In this document: in pieces, positions 24,419-25,156 of the stretch
How positions within the stretch are numbered: the first letter of the stretch is position 1
Layout of the letters: every line of letters starts with the position of its first letter
Assembly (NCBI GenBank): GCA_030619615.1
Contig: JAUXBC010000001.1
Location: 1 to 25,156 of the forward strand
From: Dehalococcoidia bacterium
GTDB lineage: Bacteria; Chloroflexota; Dehalococcoidia; E44-bin15
Reading direction: 5' to 3'
Length of the DNA: 25,156 bases
Notes under the pieces: generated by a model
The model's input: only the letters and a program-made list of their open reading frames with translations
Database searches by the model: none
What the model was told of the DNA's origin: nothing
Made by a program: the position numbers and the translations under genes

Positions 24419-25156
24419 TGGAGGACCTGAGGCGGCGAGTCTTGAAATCGATTCAAAGAGAGGCTCTGATCGAGGGTGAAGAGACCCTTCTCGTTGGCGT
24501 CTCCGGTGGTCCAGACTCGGTCTGCCTGCTGCACATTCTTTGCCAGCTTAAGGAGACCCTTGGCGTGGTCCTTCACCTCGTCCACCTCAACCACATGCTG
24601 AGGGGCGCCGCTTCTCATGCCGATGCTCGCTATGTCTCCCAGCTAGCGCAGCGCCTGGGCCTTGCGGCGACTGTGGAGGAGCGCGATGTTCTGGCCTATC
24701 AAAAGGAGCATCGGCTCTCCCTGGAGGAGGCGGCGAGAGTGGTGCGCTACGATTTCTTCGCCGAGGTGGCAAAATCCCTGGGGGCAAAGCGCATCGCCTT
24801 GGGGCATACCGCAGATGACCAGGTGGAGACCATCCTGATGCATCTGGTGCGGGGCAGCGGTCTTGCCGGGCTAAGGGGCATGCAAGCTATCACCCTGTGG
24901 AGATCCTCCCCAAGCGGCGCCTCAGTATTGGTGCTGAGACCGCTTCTTGAGGTCACTAGGGAGGAGACTGAGGAATACTGTAGGGCCTATGATCTTGAGC
25001 CCCGAACCGACTTTTCCAACTATGCCCTCGATCATACAAGGAATCGGTTTCGCTATGAACTCATACCTCTCCTCGAAAGCTATAATCGCAATATCGGCGC
25101 TGCCCTAATCCGCACCGCTCGCGCTGCCGCCGATGACCTATCCTTCCTTGAGGAGC
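24418..25156 (+). CDS. tilS: tRNA(Ile)-lysidine synthetase TilS, 3'-truncated by window edge
   Basis: Not in the ORF track (no stop in window). Translated by hand from ATG 24418 (TAATG overlap): MEDLRRRV...LVGVSGGPDSVCLLHIL...HLNHMLRG...EEAARVVRYDFF...ALGHTADDQVETILMHLVRGSGLAGLRGM...LRPLL. Confidence 0.93.
   Translation, partial: MEDLRRRVLKSIQREALIEGEETLLVGVSGGPDSVCLLHILCQLKETLGVVLHLVHLNHMLRGAASHADARYVSQLAQRLGLAATVEERDVLAYQKEHRLSLEEAARVVRYDFFAEVAKSLGAKRIALGHTADDQVETILMHLVRGSGLAGLRGMQAITLWRSSPSGASVLVLRPLLEVTREETEEYCRAYDLEPRTDFSNYALDHTRNRFRYELIPLLESYNRNIGAALIRTARAAADDLSFLEE

Overview
GC-rich bacterial chromosomal window. Gene content and protein style point to Chloroflexota, probably Dehalococcoidia-like (inference from recalled family features, no database search). 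It is mostly housekeeping and very densely packed, with about 25 CDS. Left to right: a 5'-truncated FAD-dependent oxidoreductase; DUF429; rpsU-yqeY; a REP-like hairpin cassette; a replication operon (rplI-dnaB-DnaD-like-tandem DnaC/IstB-like AAA+ ATPase-HNH); a convergent MBL hydrolase-lysA-holB-ricT operon; an M16 peptidase; groS-groL (CIRCE-controlled) followed by a glycogen-debranching-like glucosidase; an XRE regulator-DUF72-DUF488-DUF2851 cluster; tsaD; and a CNNM/CorC-TIGR03936-M48 peptidase-histidine phosphatase-tilS (3'-truncated) operon. Several near-consensus sigma70-type promoters with 17-bp spacers are readable by eye. I saw no tRNA, rRNA, CRISPR array, transposase or integrase. 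Best leads: (1) a small Cro-like XRE protein with a phage-434-like QQ recognition helix, plus two copies of a 434-like palindrome (TACAC-N6-GTGTA). One copy lies inside its own promoter and one precedes DUF2851, suggesting an undescribed regulon over three uncharacterised putative nucleic-acid-processing genes. (2) A helicase loader made of two intact, about 72% identical AAA+ modules whose start overlaps the DnaD-like gene by 89 nt.
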